IMG/VR virus record: IMGVR_UViG_3300018082_000009
Coordinates: 1,646 to 65,645 of that record
DNA: 64,000 bases
Reading direction: 5' to 3' (one strand)
DNA from: a virus
In this document: one piece after another, positions 43,823 to 52,863 of the stretch
How positions within the stretch are numbered: the first letter of the stretch is position 1
Layout: each line of letters begins with the position of its first letter
Position numbers and translations under genes: made by a program
The notes under the pieces: model-generated
Told to the model about the DNA's origin: nothing
The model's database searches: none
Seen by the model: the letters and a program-made list of their open reading frames with translations, nothing else

Positions 43823-44284
43823 ATGGCCAGCAAAGTTGTCAAGATAGCGGACCTCGCTCAACTCAGCAGACCTGTCGATATCTCTGAAGACCAGCACATC
43901 ATGGTGCGGGCGTTGAACCTGCGTGAGATGGTGGGGTTGTTCGTGGAGTCACGGGACGTATTTCTTCCGTTATACGCGGCGTCGTTGGAAGGTTCGAACG
44001 TCACAGAAGTTCTGGCTCCTTTCCTGTTATCAGCCCCTGAAGTGGTGGCGAAGATTATCGCCATGGCCTCTGACGACCCGGACTCTGCTCTGGTCGTGGA
44101 GAAGAATATGGCGGCGACCGTGCAATTGATTGCACTGGCTGAGATATGGAAAGTCTCAGTACCGGATCAAAAAAAAGCGAGAGAATTGTTATCCGAGGTG
44201 ACCAGTCTGTTGCAAAAGCTCTCCGAAAGAAGCGGAAACGTGACCCCGCAGACAGCTTCTCAGACGAGCTTGCAACCGCTATAG
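43823..44284 (+). CDS. tail assembly chaperone (gpG-like)
   Basis: Between tube and tape measure; CAAGGAG RBS. Confidence 0.75.
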   Translation: MASKVVKIADLAQLSRPVDISEDQHIMVRALNLREMVGLFVESRDVFLPLYAASLEGSNVTEVLAPFLLSAPEVVAKIIAMASDDPDSALVVEKNMAATVQLIALAEIWKVSVPDQKKARELLSEVTSLLQKLSERSGNVTPQTASQTSLQPL

Positions 44285-44481
44285 AGTTGTTGATCGCCCA
44301 CGGGCACCGGCCCAGTGACATCTGGGGGTATACGTTACCAGTGGTGCAAATCTACGTGGACTTGATTACGACTCGTCAACAGCAGGAATTGTATGCGTTA
44401 ACCGTCGCCGTTCGTCATACGCAGGGCACAGACGCGAAGGTCTTTCGGGAGTTTCTGACGAGTTTGCAGGGAGACGAGTAG
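44170..44481 (+). CDS. tail assembly chaperone frameshift extension (gpT-like)
   Basis: Open -1 frame entered at the A_AAA_AAA slippery site (44170-44176); ends 1 nt before the tape measure start. Confidence 0.65.
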   Translation, partial: KKSERIVIRGDQSVAKALRKKRKRDPADSFSDELATAIELLIAHGHRPSDIWGYTLPVVQIYVDLITTRQQQELYALTVAVRHTQGTDAKVFREFLTSLQGDE

Positions 44482-44482
44482 G

Positions 44483-47400
44483 ATGCCCCCAACTACAGCG
44501 GCGATGGAACTGAAGGTTCTGATCAGCGTTCTGCAGAGCGGCACGGCTCTCCAGAACCTCTTGAATCAGACCAAGCAGTTGACGACGGCGCTGACGCAAC
44601 TGCAGCAGCAAGCCGGAAAAGTTCCGCAGAATCTGCCTGCTCCTCCGATTCCTCCCAAAGAGAAGATTGACGATGCCACCAAGGCGCTGATGCGTCTGGA
44701 TGGGGCCTTGAATTCGGTGGTGAGGGGCCTGAAGTTCCTCGCCGGAGGATTCCTTGCTCTGGAGGGTGTCCGGTTCCTGAAGGATTTGGCGGATACCGCT
44801 GCCCGTGCAGAAGTGCTGTCCACCGTGTTGCACGTGGTGGGTAACAACGCTGGGTATACAACGGCCGCTCTCGATAAGGCAGACCGCCAGATCCAGTCGT
44901 TGGGTATTACGGCTTCGGCGGCTCGCCAGTCGTTGACCCAGTTCATCCAAGCTGAATTGGAACTGTCCAAAGCCCCAGAATTGGCTCGTGCTGCACAGGA
45001 TGCAGCCGTCATTCTCGGCACGAATTCATCAGATGCCTTTGAACGGTTGGTGACGGCGGTTCAGACGAGTAACACGCTGATGCTCCGTCACATGGGCATC
45101 ATCGTCTCTGCCGATGCTGCCTACCAGAAGTATGCCCAGTCGATTGGGAAGTCAGTCAGTCAGCTAACCTCCGCGCAGCGAGCCCAAGCCTTCCTGAATG
45201 CCACCATCGAACAGACGAAGCGGATTCAAGGGTCGTATACCGCTGCTATGGGTGATGTTGGTAAGCAGCTAACATCCCTTGACCGGTTGACGACTGATTT
45301 GAAAACGTCGCTGGGCAACAACCTGCTCCCGGCGTACCTCGCCGTCGTGGAGGAGTTGACGCTGTTCCTGCAGCATATGGGGTTGGCAGCGGATGAGATG
45401 TATGGGCAGGGGCAAGGAGCAAAGAAACTTGGAGAAGAGGTCAAATCCCTTGTCAGCAATCTTCGCATCTTGCTGGAATTCTTTGTGGAGTATCGCAAGG
45501 AGCTTCTGTATGTCCTTCTGTTGTGGGCTGGGGTTGGGAAAGTGTTGGTCCCAGTCATCGGGTGGATCTTCAAACTGAAGGATGCGTTTAGCGGAGCGGC
45601 TGGGGCTGGAGTCTTGGGACGGCTGATTACGGGAGTAGGATTGTTGGGCTCAGCCATGATCCTCCTTGGAGCCGCATTAATTGGGGCGATGTTTGTTTTT
45701 GACCGGTTCAATGCCGCTGTGGGAACGGTGGTTGGAGCCATCTGGACACTGTTGGAAGTCGTAGATTTGGTGATGGGGGCCTTTAGCACGGGTGTCCTTG
45801 CTGCCTTCAAAACAGTCCTCGCTATTATGTCGAATCCCTTTTCCCCATCTACGTGGCTGAAGCCATGGAAAGAGTGGGCACAAGGGGTTGTGGATCAAAT
45901 CAATTACATCAAACAAGTGTGGGATAACACTAAGGCTCGGTTTGGTCAAGCCTTCGGGAAAGATGCGGGGAAACCTACCCCAGAGCAGGATGCTCAAACG
46001 GCACGAGCGAAACGGTTTGCAGAAGAAGCCAATCTGTTGACCGATATCATGCTCAAGACACGGGAATTCAATGAATTGAAGAAGGGGGCGTCAGCAGAGG
46101 CGACCAAACAAGCAGAAAAAGAACTGAAGTTGATGAAAGACAAGGCCGCAGCTATGGCTGAGGCCCGTAAGGCTGAGCAAACGGCGCTCGGTTTCAGTCA
46201 ATCAGCAAAGGATCTGGAAGAAGAGCGGCTCAGGATTGCTGTTGACGCAAATGCTGAGCGTAGACTGACGCAGAAGCTGGAAGACGCCCGAAAGGATGCT
46301 AAGTTCCGTTATCCAGAGGGGGGTGGAGAAGTCGGGGTAGCGTTTCAGACGCAACTGGGTCAGTTCAACGATATGTTGGACATCTATAACACCAGTAGTA
46401 ATAAGGCCAAGATCAACACGATGGAGTTGTTTCGTAACCTGAAAGAATCTGCTGGTTTAGCCAAGACCAGCGGGGATTTTCAAGCGTTGGGTAAGGCGGT
46501 TACGGATTTTGCTCAAACACCGGGAATACCGCGAGCACTGATTCAGCGGGCGAGAGGGTTACTCGCTACGGCGGGCCTTCAGGTTCGTGATGAGACGTTG
46601 GCTGAAACGAGTCGGCTGGAGAAGGACCGGGAAACGCATTTCCGTGAGATGGAGAAGCGCCAGTCTGATCATCTGGAACACGAACTCAATATGCTGCAAT
46701 CGGCCTTCGATATTAGACAGGCCATGGATGAGCAGGCATATACTCGACAGGGGATGGATCTGGATAAATACTTCGACCGGCGATTGGCCCGGTTGGAGGA
46801 AGAAACCGCCCAAGAACTTCTCATTGCCAAGAATAACTTGGCGTCTTTGGAAGAAGAACGACAGAAGAAAATCCCAAGAACTCCTCAAGAAGTGGAAGCT
46901 CTGGATACGAGGATCCAAAAAGCCACGGATGCGTTGGCTGAGTTGCAGGGAGACACGGGAACCATTCAGGCTCGGATTCTTAAATTAGGGATTGAACGGG
47001 AAGATGCACGCGCCGATAAGCTGTTGAAATCCAAGCAAACGTTGCTGGATATCGCGGCAATTTATGGTGGTGAAGAGGCGGCTCTGACAGCGGTCAATAA
47101 CAAGTTCAATGAGCAGTACAACAAGGCCAACACGGCGGAAGAGCGAGCGGCGATTCAAGCGGAGCGGAGAAAAGAGGTTTTTGAGACAGAACTGAAGTAT
47201 CGGGAGCAGTTGCTGCAACTAGATTTGCAGCGGATCCATCGGGGTCAAGATGCGCTGGAGCTAGAGCAGGCTCGGATTGATGCCACTCGCTCGCACATCG
47301 CCACTGCCGAAAAACGTGGGGATATTACAGAGTTTGAGGCACAGACGCAGCGGAATGCGTTGCTTCGCCAACAGGTGGCCCATGACGAGCAATTGGTCAT

Positions 47401-48271
47401 CTCTAAGACGGTGGAGATGCGGCGGTTGCTGTTGGAACTGGCCAAGGAAGAACAGCGAATTCGTGAAGACATGGCGGGGAAGTCCGAGGAGTTGATCCAA
47501 GCACGTCTTGCGACGGATTTGGAAGCACGACGGCAACAGGTCCAAGGACTGGCCAAAGACATCTATAAGTTGAATGAGGGGATTGCAGATACGGCGGCTC
47601 AAGCAGAGTCGTATAGCAAAACTCTCAAAGAACACTTCATCGACGGGTTTGCGAATGCACTGACCACCGCCATCACTGACTACAAGAATGCGGGTGAAGC
47701 GTTCGTGTCGTTGTCTAAGTCCATCACGAATGAAATCGTGGGGATCTTCACCAAGGCATTCACCCAGAATCTGTTCAAGAAGCTCAATCTCTTTGGATTT
47801 GCTGACCAGTTGATGGCTGGGATTTTTGGGAATAGGGGTGGGAGTAGTATGAACACCCCGTTACCGGGAGCGATGTCGCTTAGCTCGTTGGGTCTAGGCA
47901 AGGCAGAAGGGGGTCCAGTTCATGGTCCGGGGACCGGCACCAGTGACTCCATCCCGGCCTTCCTCTCAGCCGGTGAGCACGTCATGCCTGCGAATAAGGC
48001 TCAACGGTATATGCCCCTCTTGGAGGGCATCAGGACCGGACGGATTGTGCCGTACTCGACTGGTGGTCCGGTGCAATCAATTGCACTGGGCTCGGTCATC
48101 CCTCGATACTACGCGACGGGTGGAGTGGTGGTCGCGGATGGTGGAGCCTCCTCCGTCCAGACCGGTGGAGGCATGGGGAATATGATGGTGACGATGCACC
48201 CCGACACCCTGAACATGACCATGCGGGAGTGGTTGGAACACGAAGTCGTCCGTCAACAAGGGAGACGGTAG
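44483..48271 (+). CDS. tail tape measure protein
   Basis: 1262 aa, helical Ala/Leu/Gln-rich, central hydrophobic segment, C-terminal GGPVHGPGTGTSDSIPA.LS.GE.V motif. Confidence 0.92.
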   Translation: MPPTTAAMELKVLISVLQSGTALQNLLNQTKQLTTALTQLQQQAGKVPQNLPAPPIPPKEKIDDATKALMRLDGALNSVVRGLKFLAGGFLALEGVRFLKDLADTAARAEVLSTVLHVVGNNAGYTTAALDKADRQIQSLGITASAARQSLTQFIQAELELSKAPELARAAQDAAVILGTNSSDAFERLVTAVQTSNTLMLRHMGIIVSADAAYQKYAQSIGKSVSQLTSAQRAQAFLNATIEQTKRIQGSYTAAMGDVGKQLTSLDRLTTDLKTSLGNNLLPAYLAVVEELTLFLQHMGLAADEMYGQGQGAKKLGEEVKSLVSNLRILLEFFVEYRKELLYVLLLWAGVGKVLVPVIGWIFKLKDAFSGAAGAGVLGRLITGVGLLGSAMILLGAALIGAMFVFDRFNAAVGTVVGAIWTLLEVVDLVMGAFSTGVLAAFKTVLAIMSNPFSPSTWLKPWKEWAQGVVDQINYIKQVWDNTKARFGQAFGKDAGKPTPEQDAQTARAKRFAEEANLLTDIMLKTREFNELKKGASAEATKQAEKELKLMKDKAAAMAEARKAEQTALGFSQSAKDLEEERLRIAVDANAERRLTQKLEDARKDAKFRYPEGGGEVGVAFQTQLGQFNDMLDIYNTSSNKAKINTMELFRNLKESAGLAKTSGDFQALGKAVTDFAQTPGIPRALIQRARGLLATAGLQVRDETLAETSRLEKDRETHFREMEKRQSDHLEHELNMLQSAFDIRQAMDEQAYTRQGMDLDKYFDRRLARLEEETAQELLIAKNNLASLEEERQKKIPRTPQEVEALDTRIQKATDALAELQGDTGTIQARILKLGIEREDARADKLLKSKQTLLDIAAIYGGEEAALTAVNNKFNEQYNKANTAEERAAIQAERRKEVFETELKYREQLLQLDLQRIHRGQDALELEQARIDATRSHIATAEKRGDITEFEAQTQRNALLRQQVAHDEQLVISKTVEMRRLLLELAKEEQRIREDMAGKSEELIQARLATDLEARRQQVQGLAKDIYKLNEGIADTAAQAESYSKTLKEHFIDGFANALTTAITDYKNAGEAFVSLSKSITNEIVGIFTKAFTQNLFKKLNLFGFADQLMAGIFGNRGGSSMNTPLPGAMSLSSLGLGKAEGGPVHGPGTGTSDSIPAFLSAGEHVMPANKAQRYMPLLEGIRTGRIVPYSTGGPVQSIALGSVIPRYYATGGVVVADGGASSVQTGGGMGNMMVTMHPDTLNMTMREWLEHEVVRQQGRR

Positions 48272-48679
48272 ATGCTGCAATTCAGTGATACGTTGCGGAA
48301 CAACCGCATCAATCAGTTCGAAACGACGCTCGGCACCAGTCCGCATCTGTTCATTCGGTCGGGGCCTCCCCCGGCCAACTGTGCGGCTCCGGATACTGGC
48401 ACTCTGCTCTGCGACATCACCCTCCCCTCTGACTGGTTGACGACGGCGGCACTGGGCAACAAGACCAAGCTGGGGACGTGGCAGGGCATCGCAGATGCGG
48501 CAGCGGGTCCGGGTACCAATGCAGGGCACTTCCGGATGAAAACCGGGACCACTACCCACTGTCAGGGCACGTTGACCATGACTGGCGGTGGCGGCAACAT
48601 GACCATCGACAACGTGACCATTATCTCCGGTCAGCCGGTGAACGTGACCGCCTTCGCTATCACAGACGGCAATGCCTAA
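48272..48679 (+). CDS. minor tail/virion structural protein
   Basis: Directly after the tape measure; L.IRSG..PA..A....GTLL..ITLP pattern. Confidence 0.65.
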   Translation: MLQFSDTLRNNRINQFETTLGTSPHLFIRSGPPPANCAAPDTGTLLCDITLPSDWLTTAALGNKTKLGTWQGIADAAAGPGTNAGHFRMKTGTTTHCQGTLTMTGGGGNMTIDNVTIISGQPVNVTAFAITDGNA

Positions 48680-49181
48680 CCTCGCCTTTGACCAGACGTG
48701 TGCGGATGCCACCTTAGTGGCGACGGCTGCGTTGAAGAGCCATGATCTGGCTCTGACCGCTACGCTGGATAACATCACGTTCGTGGCGCAGGCGGTAGGC
48801 TGGCGGTATGTCGCCTTCAACCAGACGTGTGACCCGGTGGGGCTGGTGATGACCAGTATCCGGGGTCATGCGGTGAAGTTCGAAGCGGCCACGGCCTCCG
48901 CCAAGATGACGGCGCATGTGGGGTTGGGCACTCCTCCACCCCCGGTCTACACGTACATCCCACGCATTTACAACGTCACGGGACAGGTGCGGCAGACCAG
49001 TGGAGCCATTCTCTGCTTCGTGGGACCACCGAACAAGAGCGTGGACTGGCGTATCCTCCAAGGGGATGGGACACTGACTCCCTTTTCGACGTTCACGGAT
49101 GCTCAAGGCCGGTGCTCGTGCCGGTTTGATTCGGCAGGAGCCGTAGGACGTGTGGTGATTGGAGCCGCGTACGTACCATGA
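48672..49181 (+). CDS. tail protein with C-terminal Ig-like segment
   Basis: V.W....G.G.L......TDAQG. Confidence 0.6.
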   Translation: MPNLAFDQTCADATLVATAALKSHDLALTATLDNITFVAQAVGWRYVAFNQTCDPVGLVMTSIRGHAVKFEAATASAKMTAHVGLGTPPPPVYTYIPRIYNVTGQVRQTSGAILCFVGPPNKSVDWRILQGDGTLTPFSTFTDAQGRCSCRFDSAGAVGRVVIGAAYVP

Positions 49182-50212
49182 GTGTTCGACTCCTCGCAGG
49201 CCCGTTTCAATGCACCACCCCGTATGGGAAAGTTCTAGGTGTTGGTCCGGACTCTGGGTCGTTGAGTTTCGGGAACAATTCTGCGTGGTGGCCCAACGTG
49301 GGGTTGATCACCATGGGGTACTTTAGTGCCTATGATTTGTCGGGCACGCAAATCGTGACACTAGATGGTGTAGCTTCTGGAGGCATGTGCCGGTACAACC
49401 CGTACTGGTCGTGGTGGCCAGCACGCCAACAAATGGTGTCTTTGTACGGTGGTTATTACGTTCCAGATACTCCCGGCGCAGAAATTGTGTTTGAGTCGAA
49501 GTCATTTTCGTATCAATATGTCGATCCTGCTGAGTTTATTGATGATCCCGCCAATGAACTGGGTTACAACACCTATGTGAAGTTGGATGACCGGAGAATT
49601 TATCTCGCAGGGTGGAATCAGGTATGGAGACAAACCAAAGGACTTCCGAATGCGCCAGAAGCTGACATCCCTGCGGGGTTGAACCGCATGTATGCAGGTC
49701 GATCAGATACCGATGTCTTCTTGAGTGGAACGTGGTGGGATGGGCATCGGAATAGACTTCAGGGGTGTTTTTACGATACGGTCGCCAAAAAGATTGCATC
49801 ACCCATGTATATCGTCGCGGATACGCCGGGAGAGCGCACTTCTACGTTGGTGTATGCTCCTGAATTTGGGGTATTGATGACGGCTGGGTATTTCGACGCT
49901 GATAGTAACGGGTATTCTGAGGGTTTTTTTACGAGAGTATGGAGTCTGGAAGTCGAACCAGCCGTGCTTAGTGCGCCAGCCATCGTGGGTGGGATTGCGC
50001 GGTCAGGCCAGATCGTGACGTATCGTGTGCAGTTGATGGGAGCCGACAATGACCCGGCTGAAGACGAGTTGATCGACTGGGCCGTAACGGGAGCCGGTGT
50101 TCTGTTGGACGTGCAGACGAAGACCGATGCCAATGGCTACGCCACGACTCGGGTGCAGTACCGGGTGGGAGAGACGGGTGATTCGACCGTCACCGCGAGT
50201 GTCGCATGCTGA
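49178..50212 (+). CDS. tail protein with C-terminal Big_1-like domain
   Basis: YRVQLMGA.NDP...ELIDW...TKTDANGYATT. Confidence 0.65.
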   Translation: MSVRLLAGPFQCTTPYGKVLGVGPDSGSLSFGNNSAWWPNVGLITMGYFSAYDLSGTQIVTLDGVASGGMCRYNPYWSWWPARQQMVSLYGGYYVPDTPGAEIVFESKSFSYQYVDPAEFIDDPANELGYNTYVKLDDRRIYLAGWNQVWRQTKGLPNAPEADIPAGLNRMYAGRSDTDVFLSGTWWDGHRNRLQGCFYDTVAKKIASPMYIVADTPGERTSTLVYAPEFGVLMTAGYFDADSNGYSEGFFTRVWSLEVEPAVLSAPAIVGGIARSGQIVTYRVQLMGADNDPAEDELIDWAVTGAGVLLDVQTKTDANGYATTRVQYRVGETGDSTVTASVAC

Positions 50213-52260
50213 AAGAGATTTTTCGCACCGTCACCGTCCCGTACATGCTGATCAGTGAGTATAAGGGCGGCTACGGGTTTGGCATATCGTACAACGGCAA
50301 CAAGCCGCCCTACGTGGAGAGCCTATATTACTTTTCGGGGTTATGTGTCGGAGCCTATTCCACTCGTGATAGTCCGAGTAGCATTTATTTGTTTGGCACC
50401 ATGAGCACCAACTACTGGCCCAGTTGGGATTCGGCTTTTTGGCGGTTTGATGGGAAGACCGGAAAATGTATTAAGCGGATTAATCAGCAAGGAAATCTCG
50501 GGTCGATTACCCTTGGGAATAAGCATAGTGCCAGAAGCGGGAAAATGTGGGCCAAAACTTACTGGCAAGATGGCTTGGTCCGCTTCGATTTAGGAAAAAC
50601 CGCGAAATCCTTACTGGGAGATGAACCGAAGACAGAAGAAGGCTACTGGTGGGCCGCAGGTTCGCTGGGTGCCAATGGGGATGAAGCGGGGTCTGTTCCT
50701 GTCGAACATTTTGAGGGAGGTCAGTGGCCCGGAGGTGATCCGGACTCTAATGCACCGCATATCGGTGGTATTGGGATCGGAGGGGATTGGGCGATTGATG
50801 ACCTCAATAATCGCTTCCTCAACGCGCAATTTGAAGAGTTGAGTGTGTATGTGTGGAGTACGGGAAAATTCTTGTACACCATTCGCCTACCGGAAGTCGT
50901 GGTGTCGATTTGCTTGGAAGATAGCAGTCGAGCATACATCTTGATGGGCAATCAGATTGTGGTGCTGTTGGACTATATCCGGGGGGAAGTCTTGGGATCA
51001 TCGAGAGTCCCGCCCGTCAAGGTTGGACGTTCCTACTGGAACAACACCGAAGTTTCGATGGCCTATGATGAGACGTTTCGTCGGTTGTTGGTGGTGGAAC
51101 ACACGCCTGATAATCCGGATGGGTCTTCCTCGATATACATCCGAGGCTTTCGACAGGTGCCAGAGCCCGTGCGTCTTTCGACGCCCATCCCGTTGAAAGC
51201 TCCCCGGCAAGGGCGGGTCATTCCGGTGTTGGTGCAGTGCGTGGGAGGTATGAACGAAGGCGTGGGCGGCTACGTGATCAATGCCAAAGTGGAAGGCGCA
51301 GGGTCGCTGGCAGGATTACCTGTCTCGGATTATCGAGGGAATGCGCGTATCCCGGTGGCGTGTGAAGGGTCACGGCTGTTTGTTCCCTCCCCCGCCGATC
51401 CGTCATCTGACTGGGAGACGACCGGGTCACCAGATGCTACGCCCCCGCATACCGGGTTGGTGGTAGTGACCGCGTCAGCCCGCATCTATGCACCTGACCC
51501 TGCTGATATCCCGGTGAGTGGGGCATCTGGAGAGGTGAGAGGTGGCCCCGGAGAGCCGGGATTTGGTGGGGACCAGACCAAGCATTACCTGTGGACGTGG
51601 TACGACCAAGTCGCTGGAGCCCCACCACCGCAGTCTCCGAATCCCGGTGGTCCGCAGAGTATGCAGGCGTGGTACGACTACTTCTGGTCCATCACCAACC
51701 AAGAAATAGATACCCCTGCGGATGACTTCAATGATGTGTTGATGGGGTTGGTGAACCAAGGGTGCCATACCAATCCTGCACAAGGCGAGAAGCCTCAAGC
51801 CGATTGGCCCTTCAATGGGTTGATGATCATGGTATCGGGTGGAGAAGCCAGAGGCCGTATCTGGCTCCCTACCGCTACGACCAATGCGGCGTCAGGGGGG
51901 TGGTATACGCATGAGATGCAAGTCATCAAGGATGACCCCAGTGGCGGAGCCGCCAACGAAACGTCTCCGAACATGTTCTATATCGTGCAGGAAGTCAAAA
52001 ATTCAAGAGTCTGGCAGTTGAATGATCCGCAACAGGCCAAGTTCTTCGTAGAGCAGTGCGTCACGAAAATGCATGATGTGAATGCCCTGTTTGGTCATCT
52101 GAAAGAGGATGCAGGCGGGCATTCGGCGCACTCGGTGCTGTACAAGGCGGATACCACGACGGCGGAGCAGATTCAGATTATCAGTGACAGTGGTGCAGCC
52201 GTGTGGACGTGGATTAAGCGGTCGAAAGACCTGTATGCGAAGTGGTATTACCCGGCGTAG
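50206..52260 (+). CDS. tail protein: beta-propeller-like N-terminus, Ig-like middle, novel repeated domain
   Basis: Aromatic/Gly-rich; the domain at 51580-51936 is duplicated in the 52863 gene. Confidence 0.7.
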   Translation: MLKEIFRTVTVPYMLISEYKGGYGFGISYNGNKPPYVESLYYFSGLCVGAYSTRDSPSSIYLFGTMSTNYWPSWDSAFWRFDGKTGKCIKRINQQGNLGSITLGNKHSARSGKMWAKTYWQDGLVRFDLGKTAKSLLGDEPKTEEGYWWAAGSLGANGDEAGSVPVEHFEGGQWPGGDPDSNAPHIGGIGIGGDWAIDDLNNRFLNAQFEELSVYVWSTGKFLYTIRLPEVVVSICLEDSSRAYILMGNQIVVLLDYIRGEVLGSSRVPPVKVGRSYWNNTEVSMAYDETFRRLLVVEHTPDNPDGSSSIYIRGFRQVPEPVRLSTPIPLKAPRQGRVIPVLVQCVGGMNEGVGGYVINAKVEGAGSLAGLPVSDYRGNARIPVACEGSRLFVPSPADPSSDWETTGSPDATPPHTGLVVVTASARIYAPDPADIPVSGASGEVRGGPGEPGFGGDQTKHYLWTWYDQVAGAPPPQSPNPGGPQSMQAWYDYFWSITNQEIDTPADDFNDVLMGLVNQGCHTNPAQGEKPQADWPFNGLMIMVSGGEARGRIWLPTATTNAASGGWYTHEMQVIKDDPSGGAANETSPNMFYIVQEVKNSRVWQLNDPQQAKFFVEQCVTKMHDVNALFGHLKEDAGGHSAHSVLYKADTTTAEQIQIISDSGAAVWTWIKRSKDLYAKWYYPA

Positions 52261-52269
52261 AGGTGCAGG

Positions 52270-52863
52270 ATGGCGATGACACGCACGGTCGAGGAAAACG
52301 GGACGGTCATTCTCACGAATGATGGGATCTTTGGGGTTGCTGCCGCCGCCGAACGGGTGGTGACCCTCCCCTTGGATATTGCCCCGTCGTTTCCCGTGGG
52401 GAGTGGTCGAGGACGCATTGTCCATCCCGTGCTGGGGATGTTTGACTACGAGACGAAGCCGGATGAGTGGGTGAACATCGACGCCGAGGCCATCGTGGCA
52501 CCTACATGGGCGTCCTCACGGACGTTGACCAGTGCCGCCAACGTCCTGTGGCAGGGGAACCTCCGGGACGTGGTGGTGGAAGAGCGGTGGAAGGCCCTTG
52601 GCGGGCTCGCCATGCCCGCTACACAGTTCCGGATGCTGTTGGCCATCTGGACGAACCCGATGGACCCTGACGTGGGCTACGTGCAGTGGTATCCGAACTA
52701 CATCACGCAAGCTGGGTTCCGGGTGTTACCCGTGGGCCTAACAGCCGGAGGACAGGGCATCACGTTCGATGACGTGGTCAATTACGTGGACGAGCACGAC
52801 AACCCCATTGGATGGATGACGGCCCCAGTGACGCTCACGCTGAAGATGGTGGAACGGCTGTAA
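52270..52863 (+). CDS. putative distal tail protein
   Basis: Position and size. Confidence 0.5.
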   Translation: MAMTRTVEENGTVILTNDGIFGVAAAAERVVTLPLDIAPSFPVGSGRGRIVHPVLGMFDYETKPDEWVNIDAEAIVAPTWASSRTLTSAANVLWQGNLRDVVVEERWKALGGLAMPATQFRMLLAIWTNPMDPDVGYVQWYPNYITQAGFRVLPVGLTAGGQGITFDDVVNYVDEHDNPIGWMTAPVTLTLKMVERL

